59,376 nt of DNA from Bacteroidaceae bacterium (GTDB lineage: Bacteria > Bacteroidota > Bacteroidia > Bacteroidales > Barnesiellaceae_A): the NCBI GenBank assembly GCA_017532725.1, contig JAFXIZ010000059.1:1-59376 (forward strand), read 5' to 3'. The notes beneath the pieces were generated by a model. That model did no database searches. It was not told the DNA's origin and was given only the letters and a program-made list of their open reading frames with translations. The translations under genes and the position numbers were made by a program. Each line of letters begins with the position of its first letter. The first letter of the stretch is position 1. Shown piece by piece: positions 9,847 through 21,456 of the stretch.

Positions 9847-11340
9847 TTATGATAGACGTTCGACAATAGCGTTAAGGCTGTTACTGATGAGGTTAGAAAT
9901 CCAACCGGGGAAGCAACCTATGGCAGCGACACAGATGATGAGTGTCACAGCCGAGAGGCGTTCCCACCAAGTGGCATCGGTGAGTTCGCGATGATGCTCG
10001 TTTTGCACGGCACCATAGAGCAACTTACCTACAACACGCAAGATGTAAACAGCCGTAATTACAATCGAGCAACAGGCTACGATAGTGAATACACGGTGGA
10101 ACATATCGGTGTGTTGGAAAGAACCTACAAAGATTGTCATCTCGGCAACGAAACCACTCAAGCCCGGCAAACCGAGTGAAGCAAGACCGGCTATTACATA
10201 GCAAACCGAGAGGAAAGGCATAATTTGCATCAAGCCACCCATTTCGCGAATGTCGCGTGTGTGGGTACGACCATATATCATACCTATCAAGGCAAAGAAC
10301 AAGGCTGTCATAAGACCGTGCGAGAGCATTTGCATTACAGCACCTGTCATTGCAGTGTTATTGAGCATAAGAATGGCAAAGAGCACAAGACCACAGTGGC
10401 TCACCGATGAGTAGGCATTGATATACTTCAAGTCGGTTTGTACACAAGCCGAGAATGCACCATATACCACACTGATACCTGTGAGGATAAGGAATATCCA
10501 CGACAACTCTTGTGCAGCGAAGGGCATAAGATAGATGGCAACACGGAAGCAACCGTAACCACCCAATTTCATCAGCACACCTGCGTGAAGCATCGAAACG
10601 GCTGTAGGTGCCGATGCGTGACCGTCGGGCGACCAAGTGTGGAAGGGGAACATAGCACCCAAGATACCAAATCCCACAAAAGTCAAGGGGAAGAGGAAGT
10701 ATTGCCAATCGTGCGGGATAGCGTTGTTTTGGGCAATCTCAAGGATGTTCATTGTGAGTTGTCCGCCTTCGGGGGCAGAGTGGTAATAGATACCGAGTAT
10801 GCCCAACATAAGCAGTGCCGAGCCACCCATCAACATCAGCGTAAGTTTCATTGCCGAATAGTTCTTCTTACCACTACCCCACACACCTATAAGCAGGTAC
10901 ATAGGAATAAGCGCAACCTCGTAGAACATAAACATTGTAAACAAGTCTATCGAGATAAAGAAGCCATACACACCTATTGAAAGGAGTGTGAGCCACAAGA
11001 AAAACTCTTTCGAGAGGGGTTCAATCTTCCACGATGCAAATACACCGGCAAAAACGATGATTGCAGTGAGCAACAACATAGTAACCGAGATACCGTCAAC
11101 ACCCACAGCATAGTGTATGTTGAGAGGCTCATACCACATTGTCGAGGCTTGGAAGAGCATATCCTGGGCATTGCCGGCAGCACGCTCGGCCAAGTATTTA
11201 AATACGGTGTAGATAGCAAGTCCCAGTTGAAGGGTAGAGAACGTGACTGCTACCGTGCGTATTTGTTTCATATCTCTTGCTATGGCAAGTCCTGCCATCA
11301 TCAAGATAGGAATAAGCACAAAAAATGATAGAAAATTCAT
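9847..11340 (-). CDS. nuoM: NADH-quinone oxidoreductase subunit M
   Basis: VGVDGIS, FYEVALIPMY, FPFHTWSPDGHASAPT, MKLGGYG, AYSSVSH and SLGLPGLSGFVAE motifs. Confidence 0.96.
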   Translation of the reverse strand: MNFLSFFVLIPILMMAGLAIARDMKQIRTVAVTFSTLQLGLAIYTVFKYLAERAAGNAQDMLFQASTMWYEPLNIHYAVGVDGISVTMLLLTAIIVFAGVFASWKIEPLSKEFFLWLTLLSIGVYGFFISIDLFTMFMFYEVALIPMYLLIGVWGSGKKNYSAMKLTLMLMGGSALLMLGILGIYYHSAPEGGQLTMNILEIAQNNAIPHDWQYFLFPLTFVGFGILGAMFPFHTWSPDGHASAPTAVSMLHAGVLMKLGGYGCFRVAIYLMPFAAQELSWIFLILTGISVVYGAFSACVQTDLKYINAYSSVSHCGLVLFAILMLNNTAMTGAVMQMLSHGLMTALFFALIGMIYGRTHTRDIREMGGLMQIMPFLSVCYVIAGLASLGLPGLSGFVAEMTIFVGSFQHTDMFHRVFTIVACCSIVITAVYILRVVGKLLYGAVQNEHHRELTDATWWERLSAVTLIICVAAIGCFPGWISNLISNSLNAIVERLS

Positions 11341-11369
11341 AGTTTCTTCGTTTTATTGGTTCTTCAACT

Positions 11370-13283
11370 TTATAAGAGACAAATTATCGTTATCGCAGCA
11401 ATGAGCAATGTGCCCATAAGCAGTATCCATACATAACTTTGTATATAACCCGATTGCAAGCCTTTGATGCGAGCCGATACCCATTGTGTTACATTGGCAA
11501 ACATATCCATTGTACCATCGATGATGTGACGGTCGAACCACGCTATGGGCGCGCAGATGCCTTTGAATATGATTTTGTGAGTTATAAACAAGTATATTTC
11601 GTCGATGTAGAAACGACGATAGGCGGCAGTGTGCAGCGTGCGAGTAGCATCGGCCATTGCGGTGGGTTTCTTGTTCTCTTTCAGATACAACCAAGCAGCC
11701 AACGAGATGGCACACACTGCTACGATAATGCTGGTGGTTGCCACACTCCAATCGAGGTGGATGTGGTAGGGCTGACCATTTACACTTACCAACTCACCGA
11801 AGGGAATAAAACCTGCCACACAAGTAACCAATGCCAAGAATATAAGTGGCAATGTCATTGTGAGGGGTGCCTCGTGAGGTGTGTGATGACTGCAATCGGT
11901 ATTCTTCCACCAGAAGATACGGAAGTAGAGACGGAACATATAGAATGCTGTCAAGCCGGCTACTACTGTCATCCATATACCCCAGAATGTGCTTTTGTTC
12001 ATTACAGCAGTGAGAATCTCATCCTTACTGAAGAATCCCGAGAAGGGAGGTATTCCGGCAATGGCCAAGCAGGCAATGAGGAATGTAATGTGGGTAATGG
12101 GCATATACTTGCGCAAACCACCCATTTCGCTCATCTCGTTTGAGTGTACAGCGTGAATGATAGCACCTGCACCCAAGAAGAGCAACGCCTTGAACATAGC
12201 GTGAGTAAACAAGTGGAACATAGAAGCCATATAACCCAAGCCTTCGTGCAGGTCGGTATCGTTGGCTACGCCCAATGCTACTATCATAAAGGCTATTTGC
12301 GATATGGTAGAGAAGGCAAGCACACGCTTAATATCGGTCTGAACACAAGCCACTATAGCAGCATACAACGCTGTAATAGCACCCACGGTAGTGATAAGTT
12401 CGAGCACCTCGGGGGTTACACAATATACAGGGAAAAGGCGTGCAACCAAATATACACCGGCTACCACCATTGTAGCAGCGTGAATAAGTGCCGATACAGG
12501 AGTAGGACCCTCCATTGCATCGGGCAACCAAATGTGCAAGGGGAACATTGCCGACTTACCTGCACCACCCATAAAAATGAGAGCCAAAGCCCAAGATGCT
12601 ACCGAGCAACCGAGGAATGTAGCGCCGGCTGTTTCGGTAATGATAGCAGTGGGAGTAGCAGTGAGGGTAGCAAAGTCGAATGTCTTTGTAAAGAACGACA
12701 AAATGAGGATACCGATAAGGAATCCGAGGTCGGCAAAACGTGTAACGATAAATGCTTTCTTCGAGGCTGCAATGGCTGCCGGCTTGGTATAATAGAAGCC
12801 AATGAGCAGATAAGAAGATACACCCACAAGTTCCCAGAAGATATACATCTGGAAGATGTTGGTGGCTACTACCAAGCCCAACATCGACATACTGAAGAGC
12901 GATAGGAAAGCATAGTAACGTTGAAAACCTTTCTCGCCGTGCATATAGCCGAGGCTATAGATATGTACCATCAACGATACGGTGGTGATAACAACGAGCA
13001 TCATTACCGAGATAGGGTCGAGATATATACCCAAGTCGATGTGCAGATTCTCGGTGAAACGCAACCACTCATAGTTGTAGGGAGTAACCGAAGGTATCAC
13101 CCCCTCGGCATTGCGAGGTTGAGTAAAGAATTGGTAGGCTGTAAAATAAGCCAACGCAGCGCACACGGTCATACCCAATGTGCCCAATATACCCGCTACA
13201 CGGGGCTTCAACTTGCTGTCGAGCAGTCCCAACAACAAGAACATAGCCAAGGGCAGTAGTAAGATGAAAACTGTATATTCCAT
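11370..13283 (-). CDS. nuoL: NADH-quinone oxidoreductase subunit L
   Basis: WELVGVSSYLLIGF, GKSAMFPLHIWLPDAMEGPTPVSALIHAATMV and HLFTHAMFKALLFL motifs. Confidence 0.97.
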   Translation of the reverse strand: MEYTVFILLLPLAMFLLLGLLDSKLKPRVAGILGTLGMTVCAALAYFTAYQFFTQPRNAEGVIPSVTPYNYEWLRFTENLHIDLGIYLDPISVMMLVVITTVSLMVHIYSLGYMHGEKGFQRYYAFLSLFSMSMLGLVVATNIFQMYIFWELVGVSSYLLIGFYYTKPAAIAASKKAFIVTRFADLGFLIGILILSFFTKTFDFATLTATPTAIITETAGATFLGCSVASWALALIFMGGAGKSAMFPLHIWLPDAMEGPTPVSALIHAATMVVAGVYLVARLFPVYCVTPEVLELITTVGAITALYAAIVACVQTDIKRVLAFSTISQIAFMIVALGVANDTDLHEGLGYMASMFHLFTHAMFKALLFLGAGAIIHAVHSNEMSEMGGLRKYMPITHITFLIACLAIAGIPPFSGFFSKDEILTAVMNKSTFWGIWMTVVAGLTAFYMFRLYFRIFWWKNTDCSHHTPHEAPLTMTLPLIFLALVTCVAGFIPFGELVSVNGQPYHIHLDWSVATTSIIVAVCAISLAAWLYLKENKKPTAMADATRTLHTAAYRRFYIDEIYLFITHKIIFKGICAPIAWFDRHIIDGTMDMFANVTQWVSARIKGLQSGYIQSYVWILLMGTLLIAAITIICLL

Positions 13284-13291
13284 AGCGGTCC

Positions 13292-13603
13292 TTAATATTT
13301 CATATCGTCGAGTTTATCCACTTCGATGTCGCGGATGTGACGGAAAATGTTAATAATAATAGCAATAGCAATCGCAGTCTCGGCAGCGGCAATGGCGATG
13401 GCAAATATTGCAAAAACCATACCCTCCATTTGTCCGGGGAACAAGAAGCGATTGAAAACGGCAAAGTTTATGTCAACAGCATTGAGCATCAACTCTAACG
13501 AGATGAGCATCATAAGCATATTCTTACGAGTGATAAAACCGTACACGCCGGCAAAGAACATCACAAGACTCAATACGATGTAATATATCATTGGTATTTC
13601 CAT
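13292..13603 (-). CDS. nuoK: NADH-quinone oxidoreductase subunit K
   Basis: LISLELMLNA and IAAAETAIAIA motifs; three TM helices. Confidence 0.95.
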   Translation of the reverse strand: MEIPMIYYIVLSLVMFFAGVYGFITRKNMLMMLISLELMLNAVDINFAVFNRFLFPGQMEGMVFAIFAIAIAAAETAIAIAIIINIFRHIRDIEVDKLDDMKY

Positions 13604-13615
13604 AATCTTCAGTTT

Positions 13616-14134
13616 TTAGCGTTTACGGGCTATCATAATGGCTCCGATGATACAGGCCAATAATAAAACACTGACTGCCTCAAATGGAAGCAGATATTGG
13701 AATTTTTCCATACCTATAAGTGCGTGACCCAAAGCCTTGATGGGATGCTCGCCGGTCTCTACGAGATTGACAGCAGGCCACGAGTAGGTAAAGAGTGCGA
13801 AGGCACATACAGCGGCTCCTGTCACTGCTGCTACGATACCCAGTATTTGCTTGGTGAGGCTTGTTTTTTCGCAACGCTCGCCGGGATGGCTTGTGAGCAA
13901 GATAGAAAAGACAAACAGAACCAATATACCACCGGCATACACAGCTATTTGCACCGAGCCAAGGAATGTATAATCGAGCATAAAGTATATACCTGCTGTC
14001 GATAAAAGCACGAATAGCAGGTATGTAGCAGCCCGAAGTATGCGACGTGTGGTGACTGCCAATATCGAGCATACCACAATAACTATCGCAAGCAAGTAGA
14101 AAATAACTTGTTGAGCTAAAGGTAAGAGTTCCAT
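13616..14134 (-). CDS. nuoJ: NADH-quinone oxidoreductase subunit J
   Basis: VQIAVYAGGILVLFVF and YLLPFEAVSVLLL motifs. Confidence 0.95.
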   Translation of the reverse strand: MELLPLAQQVIFYLLAIVIVVCSILAVTTRRILRAATYLLFVLLSTAGIYFMLDYTFLGSVQIAVYAGGILVLFVFSILLTSHPGERCEKTSLTKQILGIVAAVTGAAVCAFALFTYSWPAVNLVETGEHPIKALGHALIGMEKFQYLLPFEAVSVLLLACIIGAIMIARKR

Positions 14135-14142
14135 ATATAGTA

Positions 14143-14631
14143 TTATTCTGATTTTTCTTCTTTAGGGGTTTCACGCACCGGTTCGGGACGATTGTTGAGT
14201 TGCTTAACAAGTTTCTCGCGAGAGAAAACTGCTTGCTCAAACTCGTTTGTAAACTCAATGGCGTTGTGAGGGCAAGTGCTTACGCACAATTGGCAGAAAG
14301 TACAGCAACCGAGGTCATACATATATCGGTCGAGTACGCGCTTTGTTTTGCCATCTTCGGTCTCAATTTTTTTCGCCACGACTTCGATTGTATTGTTGGG
14401 GCAGTTGTTTTGACAAATACCACAGGCTATACATTTGTGGTTGCCTTGCTCGTCATATACAAGCGAAAGTGTAGCGCGAAAACGCTCGGGAATTTCGAGT
14501 GTTTTACGATTCTCGGGATACTGTTGGGTAATCTTACGGCTGAAAAAATATTTACCCGTAATACTCATACCGGTGAGCAAACTCCCGATGCCTTCAAATA
14601 ACGATGTGAAATAGTTCTTGTTACTTCCCAT
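14143..14631 (-). CDS. nuoI: NADH-quinone oxidoreductase subunit I (two 4Fe-4S clusters)
   Basis: TQQYPE, CIACGICQNNCP and CTFCQLCVSTCP motifs. Start moved to the ATG at 14631 (MGSNKNYF). Confidence 0.93.
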   Translation of the reverse strand: MGSNKNYFTSLFEGIGSLLTGMSITGKYFFSRKITQQYPENRKTLEIPERFRATLSLVYDEQGNHKCIACGICQNNCPNNTIEVVAKKIETEDGKTKRVLDRYMYDLGCCTFCQLCVSTCPHNAIEFTNEFEQAVFSREKLVKQLNNRPEPVRETPKEEKSE

Positions 14632-14733
14632 AGGTCTGTTTGATAGTGTGCCTATCAGTTCGTTATAGTTAATATCTCTCGGCGAGAATGCTTGGCAGTT
14701 GCCTGCCAAGTCATCTCGTCAAAAGGGGTTAGT

Positions 14734-15609
14734 TTATCCGTCAACCTTGCCGCCCAATATATCGAGCAGTTCGTTTGTGATACTTTGTTGGCGTAACTTG
14801 TTGTATTCAAGTTGCAATTCTTCACGCAATTTCTTGGCATTGTCGTTGGCCGACTGCATAGCAAGAACGCGCGCTGCTTGCTCCGAGGCACGATTTTGGC
14901 TGATGCTCTCTTGCAACGATGCCAATACCGACAGTGGTAACACTGTGTCGAAGATTGTCGATACATCGGGCTCGAAAAGGTAGGGCTTGCACTCGGCTTG
15001 CTTGTCGGATGCTTCGGCTACGACCGGCAGCATAATACGATTGGCAAGTCGCTGACGTCCCATACTCAAGAATTCCATAAACACAATCTCTATGTGGTCC
15101 AATTCTTCGCTTAGGAACGCTTGCGAGAGTTCGTCGCACATTTGTTTTATCTTTTCGTCACTGCTCTTGGCTGTCATATAGGGCAACACCGATACTCGCA
15201 CATTGGGGAGTGCAAGTTTCTTGGATGCGGCAACAACCTTCTTACCAATGGGATAGATAACAAACGATACCTCCTCGTTCGATTCTTCTTTTACCCGACT
15301 TATCGTTTCGAGCATACGTTTGAATAGCATCATATTGAAAGCACCGCACAACCCTTCGTCGCTACCCAACAGCACAATACCCATTTGTTTTACAGGGCGT
15401 ACTTGGGTCAGAGGCGAGGTGTATTCGCTATCGGCAGCCAAGAGGTTGTCGATAGTAGATTGTATCTGTTGACGGAACGGCTCAACACGTTGCAATGCTT
15501 GCATTGCCTTGTGCATCTTGGCCGACGAAATCATTTTCATCGCGCCGGTAATCTTCTCGGATGTCGATACCGAGCCTATTCTGCCTTTCAGTTCGCGGAT
15601 GGATGCCAT
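14734..15609 (-). CDS. atpG: F1 ATP synthase gamma subunit
   Basis: RI.SV....KITGAMKMISSAK, SDEGLCGAFN, SEQAARVLAMQSANDNA and YNKLRQQSITNEL motifs. Confidence 0.96.
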   Translation of the reverse strand: MASIRELKGRIGSVSTSEKITGAMKMISSAKMHKAMQALQRVEPFRQQIQSTIDNLLAADSEYTSPLTQVRPVKQMGIVLLGSDEGLCGAFNMMLFKRMLETISRVKEESNEEVSFVIYPIGKKVVAASKKLALPNVRVSVLPYMTAKSSDEKIKQMCDELSQAFLSEELDHIEIVFMEFLSMGRQRLANRIMLPVVAEASDKQAECKPYLFEPDVSTIFDTVLPLSVLASLQESISQNRASEQAARVLAMQSANDNAKKLREELQLEYNKLRQQSITNELLDILGGKVDG

Positions 15610-15616
15610 ATCTTAA

Positions 15617-17194
15617 TTATGCCTTAAAGCGGTTAGCAACTTCTTTAGCCACCTCGGTGAGTTTGGCAGCAATCTCATCATTGAGAATACCTTTCTTCAA
15701 CTCATCGAGAACATCGGTTTGATGTTTAGCGTGGAGTATTTGCAGGAACAGTTTCTCAAACTCGGCCACTTTGTCGGTGGGAACGGGTGCGAGCAAGCCT
15801 TGTGTACCACAATAGATTATAGCAATCTCTTCCTCAACGGGAACAGGGCTGTATTGTGGTTGAATAAGTACACGCTCGTTCTTGCGACCTTTGTCAATAA
15901 CCATTGCAGTTACGGGGTCGATGTCGCCACCGAATTGTGTAAACGACTCAAGTTCACGGAATTGTGCTTGATCGATTTTGAGTGTACCGGCAATCTTCTT
16001 CATAGCCTTGAGTTGTGCGCTACCACCCACACGCGATACCGAGATACCTACGTTGATGGCAGGGCGTACACCTTGGTTGAAGAGTTTGGTTTCGAGGAAT
16101 ATCTGACCGTCGGTAATAGAGATTACGTTGGTGGGGATATAGGCCGAAACGTCGCCTGCTTGAGTTTCGATGATGGGGAGTGCTGTGAGCGAGCCTCCAC
16201 CTTTTACCATAGGTTTCAACACTTCGGGCAGGTCGTTCATCGAAGCAGCCACCTTATCGTTGTCGATAATCTTGGCCGAACGTTCCAACAAGCGCGAGTG
16301 GAGGTAGAAGATATCACCGGGATATGCTTCACGACCCGAAGGACGGCGCAAGATAAGTGAAATCTCGCGATAAGAAACGGCTTGTTTCGACAAGTCGTCG
16401 TATATCACAAGAGCGTGACGACCTGAATCGCGGAAGTACTCACCAATGGCAGCACCGGCCATAGGTGCATAGTAACGCATAGCAGCCGAGTCGGATGCAT
16501 TGGCAGCCAATACGATGGTATAGTCCATTGCGCCGTGTTCGCGCAGTGTGTTTACCAATGCTGCTACCGATGAAGCCTTTTGACCTATCGCAACGTAGAT
16601 ACAATAGAGGGGGTTACCGTTCTTAAAGTTCTCACGTTGATTGATAATAGTATCTATGGCAATTGTTGTTTTTCCTACTTGTCGGTCACCGATGATAAGT
16701 TCGCGTTGTCCACGACCGATGGGTACCATAGCATCGATAGCCTTGATACCGGTCTGTAGAGGTTCTTTTACAGGTTGACGGAAGATAACACCGGGAGCCT
16801 TACGGTCGAGGGGCATCAACACAGTATTGCCTGCAATGGGGCCTGCACCGTCGATGGGGTCGCCCAACGTATTGATAACACGACCCAACAAACCTTCGCC
16901 AACGGGAATTGAAGCGATGTCGCCGGTGCGACGTACAGTCATATTCTCGGTAACCTTTTCGATATCGTTTAGAAGGATTACACCCACATTACTCTCTTCG
17001 AGGTTCATAGCCACACCACGCACGCCGTTTTCAAACTCTACGAGTTCGCTCGACTTAACATTGTCAAGGCCATAGACGTGGGCAACACCGTCACCTACTT
17101 CGAGTACGGTACCTATCTCTTCAAAGTTGGCTTGTTTGTCAACCTCTTCGAGTTTGCTTTTGAGTATATCCGATATCTCGTTTGGTTTTATCAT
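15617..17194 (-). CDS. atpA: F1 ATP synthase alpha subunit
   Basis: GDRQVGKT Walker [28 protein letters not shown] and [14 protein letters not shown]; Bacteroidetes-type insertion MNDLPE.LK..VKGGGS. Confidence 0.98.
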   Translation of the reverse strand: MIKPNEISDILKSKLEEVDKQANFEEIGTVLEVGDGVAHVYGLDNVKSSELVEFENGVRGVAMNLEESNVGVILLNDIEKVTENMTVRRTGDIASIPVGEGLLGRVINTLGDPIDGAGPIAGNTVLMPLDRKAPGVIFRQPVKEPLQTGIKAIDAMVPIGRGQRELIIGDRQVGKTTIAIDTIINQRENFKNGNPLYCIYVAIGQKASSVAALVNTLREHGAMDYTIVLAANASDSAAMRYYAPMAGAAIGEYFRDSGRHALVIYDDLSKQAVSYREISLILRRPSGREAYPGDIFYLHSRLLERSAKIIDNDKVAASMNDLPEVLKPMVKGGGSLTALPIIETQAGDVSAYIPTNVISITDGQIFLETKLFNQGVRPAINVGISVSRVGGSAQLKAMKKIAGTLKIDQAQFRELESFTQFGGDIDPVTAMVIDKGRKNERVLIQPQYSPVPVEEEIAIIYCGTQGLLAPVPTDKVAEFEKLFLQILHAKHQTDVLDELKKGILNDEIAAKLTEVAKEVANRFKA

Positions 17195-17198
17195 AAGA

Positions 17199-17738
17199 TT
17201 ATTTGTTTAGTAATTTTACGCGCAATTTTTTAAGCTCGTTTTGAATCGAAGCATCGAGTTGCATCGACTCAACGCGCAGTATAAAACCACCGATGAGCGA
17301 GGGGTCTATTTCATAGACAAACTCCAGCTCTTTATCGAGTTTCGATTTCAACAGGCTCTTGATGCGTGCCACAATTTCGTCGCTTACAGCCGATGCTGTA
17401 ATGATAGTGACACGAGCAATGTTGTTCTCTTTACGATACACATCCTGATAGTCGAGCATAGCGGCTCGGAAGAATGTTTCACGGTGATTGAGAATTACCA
17501 AGTTGATGAATCGAAGGATAGCCTTACCGGCATCAGGGCCGGCAGCAGCAATAAGTAACTGCTCTTTTTCGGTAGCACTCAAGGCAGGATTACCCAACGC
17601 TTTGGTCAGTGCCGGGTGTGTAGCAAATGCTTCCTCAAGTCGTTGCGTATCGGCATAGACTTGTTGGGTACATTGCTGCTCTTGTGCATATTTGTACAAG
17701 GCTTTAGCGTATCTGCGAGGAATTAATCCTTCGTTCAT
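17199..17738 (-). CDS. atpH: F1 ATP synthase delta subunit
   Basis: RRYAKAL and [11 protein letters not shown]...QLDAS motifs. Confidence 0.94.
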   Translation of the reverse strand: MNEGLIPRRYAKALYKYAQEQQCTQQVYADTQRLEEAFATHPALTKALGNPALSATEKEQLLIAAAGPDAGKAILRFINLVILNHRETFFRAAMLDYQDVYRKENNIARVTIITASAVSDEIVARIKSLLKSKLDKELEFVYEIDPSLIGGFILRVESMQLDASIQNELKKLRVKLLNK

Positions 17739-17743
17739 AATTC

Positions 17744-18241
17744 TTAGTTTTTATGTTCAAGTTCGTTCAATAATTGCTCTACCATTTCCGCCTGAGCTTT
17801 ATCGCCCGCGAGTTCTTTGCGAATAATATTTTCGGCTATTGTGAGGGCGAATTGGCTCACTTCTTGACGGAACTGTAGTTCTGCTTCTTTGCGCGATTGC
17901 TCGATACTGATGGTGGCAGCATCAACAAGTTTCTTGGCTTCGGCGGCAGCGGCTTTCTTGGCCTCTTCGATGATTTGAGCCTTCATCTGTGCTGCTTCTT
18001 GAAGGATTTCCATTTGTTGACGTCCTGCTTCAGCGAGAATGGCGCGGGCTTGGCTCTCAGAGTCTTCGAGGCTTGCTTTGGCTGCTTCGGCATACTCTAC
18101 ACCGTTGTCGATGAGGGTAGCACGCTCGTCAACCATCTTGGTGATGACGGGCCACGCAAACTTGGCAAGTATGGCAAATAATACCACAAATACCACAAAC
18201 ATCCAAAAGACGAGCCCTGCTTCGGGCATAAACAGTTCCAT
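17744..18241 (-). CDS. atpF: Fo ATP synthase subunit b
   Basis: P..GLVFWM..F...LAKFAWP TM helix followed by an Ala/Glu-rich coiled coil. Confidence 0.93.
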   Translation of the reverse strand: MELFMPEAGLVFWMFVVFVVLFAILAKFAWPVITKMVDERATLIDNGVEYAEAAKASLEDSESQARAILAEAGRQQMEILQEAAQMKAQIIEEAKKAAAAEAKKLVDAATISIEQSRKEAELQFRQEVSQFALTIAENIIRKELAGDKAQAEMVEQLLNELEHKN

Positions 18242-18260
18242 ACGGGACTTTTAGGCGAGA

Positions 18261-18506
18261 TTAGAGGAACAATGCGAGAATACAAACGATAACGGCGAAA
18301 AGGGCAACACCCTCGATAAGAGCCGCGATAACGATCATACTACCACGAACGTCGCCTGCTGCTTCGGGTTGACGTGCGATGGCTTCCATAGCCGAACTAC
18401 CGATGCGACCGATACCCAAACCTGCAGCGATTGCTGCGATACCTGCTCCTACGCACGCACCGATTACTGTAAGAGGTGCGAGTGCTGTTAAAATCATTGC
18501 TAACAT
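18261..18506 (-). CDS. atpE: Fo ATP synthase subunit c (H+-type signature)
   Basis: GLGIG glycine zipper, ARQPE loop, ALIEGVALF with the essential Glu. Confidence 0.96.
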   Translation of the reverse strand: MLAMILTALAPLTVIGACVGAGIAAIAAGLGIGRIGSSAMEAIARQPEAAGDVRGSMIVIAALIEGVALFAVIVCILALFL

Positions 18507-18552
18507 AATGTTTTCTTTTTTATAAGGTTAATAATTTATTTGTTTTTCTTTT

Positions 18553-19626
18553 CTATTCGTGATGATGTTCTTCAACTTGTGCCAACGATATAAATATGGT
18601 TGACAACATTGTAAATACATAGGCTTGGATGTAACTTACCAACGTATCTATGATGTACATAAAGAGTGAGAATCCTACCGATAGTACGGTAGTGGCACTA
18701 CCTACGGCTATACCTCCCATCTCCTTGAAGATGAAGATAAGCGAGAGTAATACCAACACTATCATATGGCCACCCATCATATTGGCAAACAGACGCACCA
18801 TAAGCGCAATGGGCTTGGTGAATACGCCGAATATCTCAATAAAGGGCATAATGGGTAGCGGACACTTTAAGGCAATGGGTACATCGGGCCAGAATATCTC
18901 TTTCCAATACTCCTTGGTACCAAAGATGTTTACTGCCAAGAATGTGCAGATAGCGAGTACAAGTGTAATTGCCAAGTTACCGGTAAGGTTGGCTCCTGCC
19001 GGGAAGATGACCATCAAACCCATCAAGTTCGATACAAAGATAAAGTAGAATGCTGTGAGCAGATAAGGAGCAAAACGACGACCCTTCTCGGGACCGAGAA
19101 TCGACTTAATCACATCATCGTATATCATACAGGTGAGCATTTCTATTGCTCCTACAAAACCTCTCGGGGCTTTCTTACCATTATTCTTGTACCAACGAAC
19201 AAGAGGGAAGATACATAGGCACACAACGATTACGGTGATAAACAACGCAGCGACATTCTTGGTAATAGAGATGTCAAGGGGTCGATATACTTCACCTTTA
19301 TCGTTTACACCCACCACCTTGCCGTGATGTGCTTCGCTTGAATCAATATAGAATCCGTCGTATGTTTCGCCGTGTTCTACCTTGTTTGACATAAAACAGT
19401 GCCAACCACCCTTATAGTCTTGTACTATAATGGGCAGGGGTATTTTATGGCTGTGCGAAAAAGGCACTTCCCAGCTGTAGTGGTCCACCAAGTGCTCAAA
19501 GATTGTCTCTTTGGCATCGTACTTGGCATTCTCATCGTGATGCGAATGATCGAACAAGGCTATGCTTGCCGCAGCCGCTATTACAATAAGTGTAATGCTT
19601 ATGATAAGTATCGAGTGCTTTTTCAT
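18553..19626 (-). CDS. atpB: Fo ATP synthase subunit a
   Basis: LDISITKNV, NLMGL, KPIALMVRLFANMMGGH (essential Arg) and IQAYVFTMLS motifs; Bacteroidetes-type N-terminal extension. Confidence 0.95.
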   Translation of the reverse strand: MKKHSILIISITLIVIAAAASIALFDHSHHDENAKYDAKETIFEHLVDHYSWEVPFSHSHKIPLPIIVQDYKGGWHCFMSNKVEHGETYDGFYIDSSEAHHGKVVGVNDKGEVYRPLDISITKNVAALFITVIVVCLCIFPLVRWYKNNGKKAPRGFVGAIEMLTCMIYDDVIKSILGPEKGRRFAPYLLTAFYFIFVSNLMGLMVIFPAGANLTGNLAITLVLAICTFLAVNIFGTKEYWKEIFWPDVPIALKCPLPIMPFIEIFGVFTKPIALMVRLFANMMGGHMIVLVLLSLIFIFKEMGGIAVGSATTVLSVGFSLFMYIIDTLVSYIQAYVFTMLSTIFISLAQVEEHHHE

Positions 19627-19654
19627 TGATTTTTATTTCTTTATTCGGGACTTA

Positions 19655-19888
19655 TTAATAGATACATACCGCAATACGATTGTTGTCTATGTCAACAAAT
19701 CCACCACTCGTTTCTACGGAATGACGTTCATTGCCAATAACATACTCTATCGAGCCTTTTTCGAGGGTCGATACCAACGATGCGTGGTTGTGCAATACAG
19801 TGAACGAGCCTTTTGTGCCGGGTAGCGTTACCGATGTTACCTCGCCGCTGAAGAGTGTTGTTTCCGAAGATATTATTTCGAGTTTCAT
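19655..19888 (-). CDS. atpC: F1 ATP synthase epsilon subunit (N-terminal domain only, 77 aa)
   Basis: LEIIS, VTLPGTKGSFTVLHNHA and GGFV motifs; no C-terminal helices. Confidence 0.92.
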   Translation of the reverse strand: MKLEIISSETTLFSGEVTSVTLPGTKGSFTVLHNHASLVSTLEKGSIEYVIGNERHSVETSGGFVDIDNNRIAVCIY

Positions 19889-19896
19889 AACAATTA

Positions 19897-21423
<1,527 letters not shown>

Positions 21424-21456
21424 TTATAAGGTTATCTATTTTATTTATTTACAATA

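Noticed and set aside
14632-14709. N-terminal extensions in the ORF track (nuoI; also 5460-5525, 25477-25542, 28752-28802, 36501-36539)
   Set aside because: They begin at non-preferred upstream starts, some running through promoter boxes or hairpins; the downstream ATGs match the expected family N-termini.
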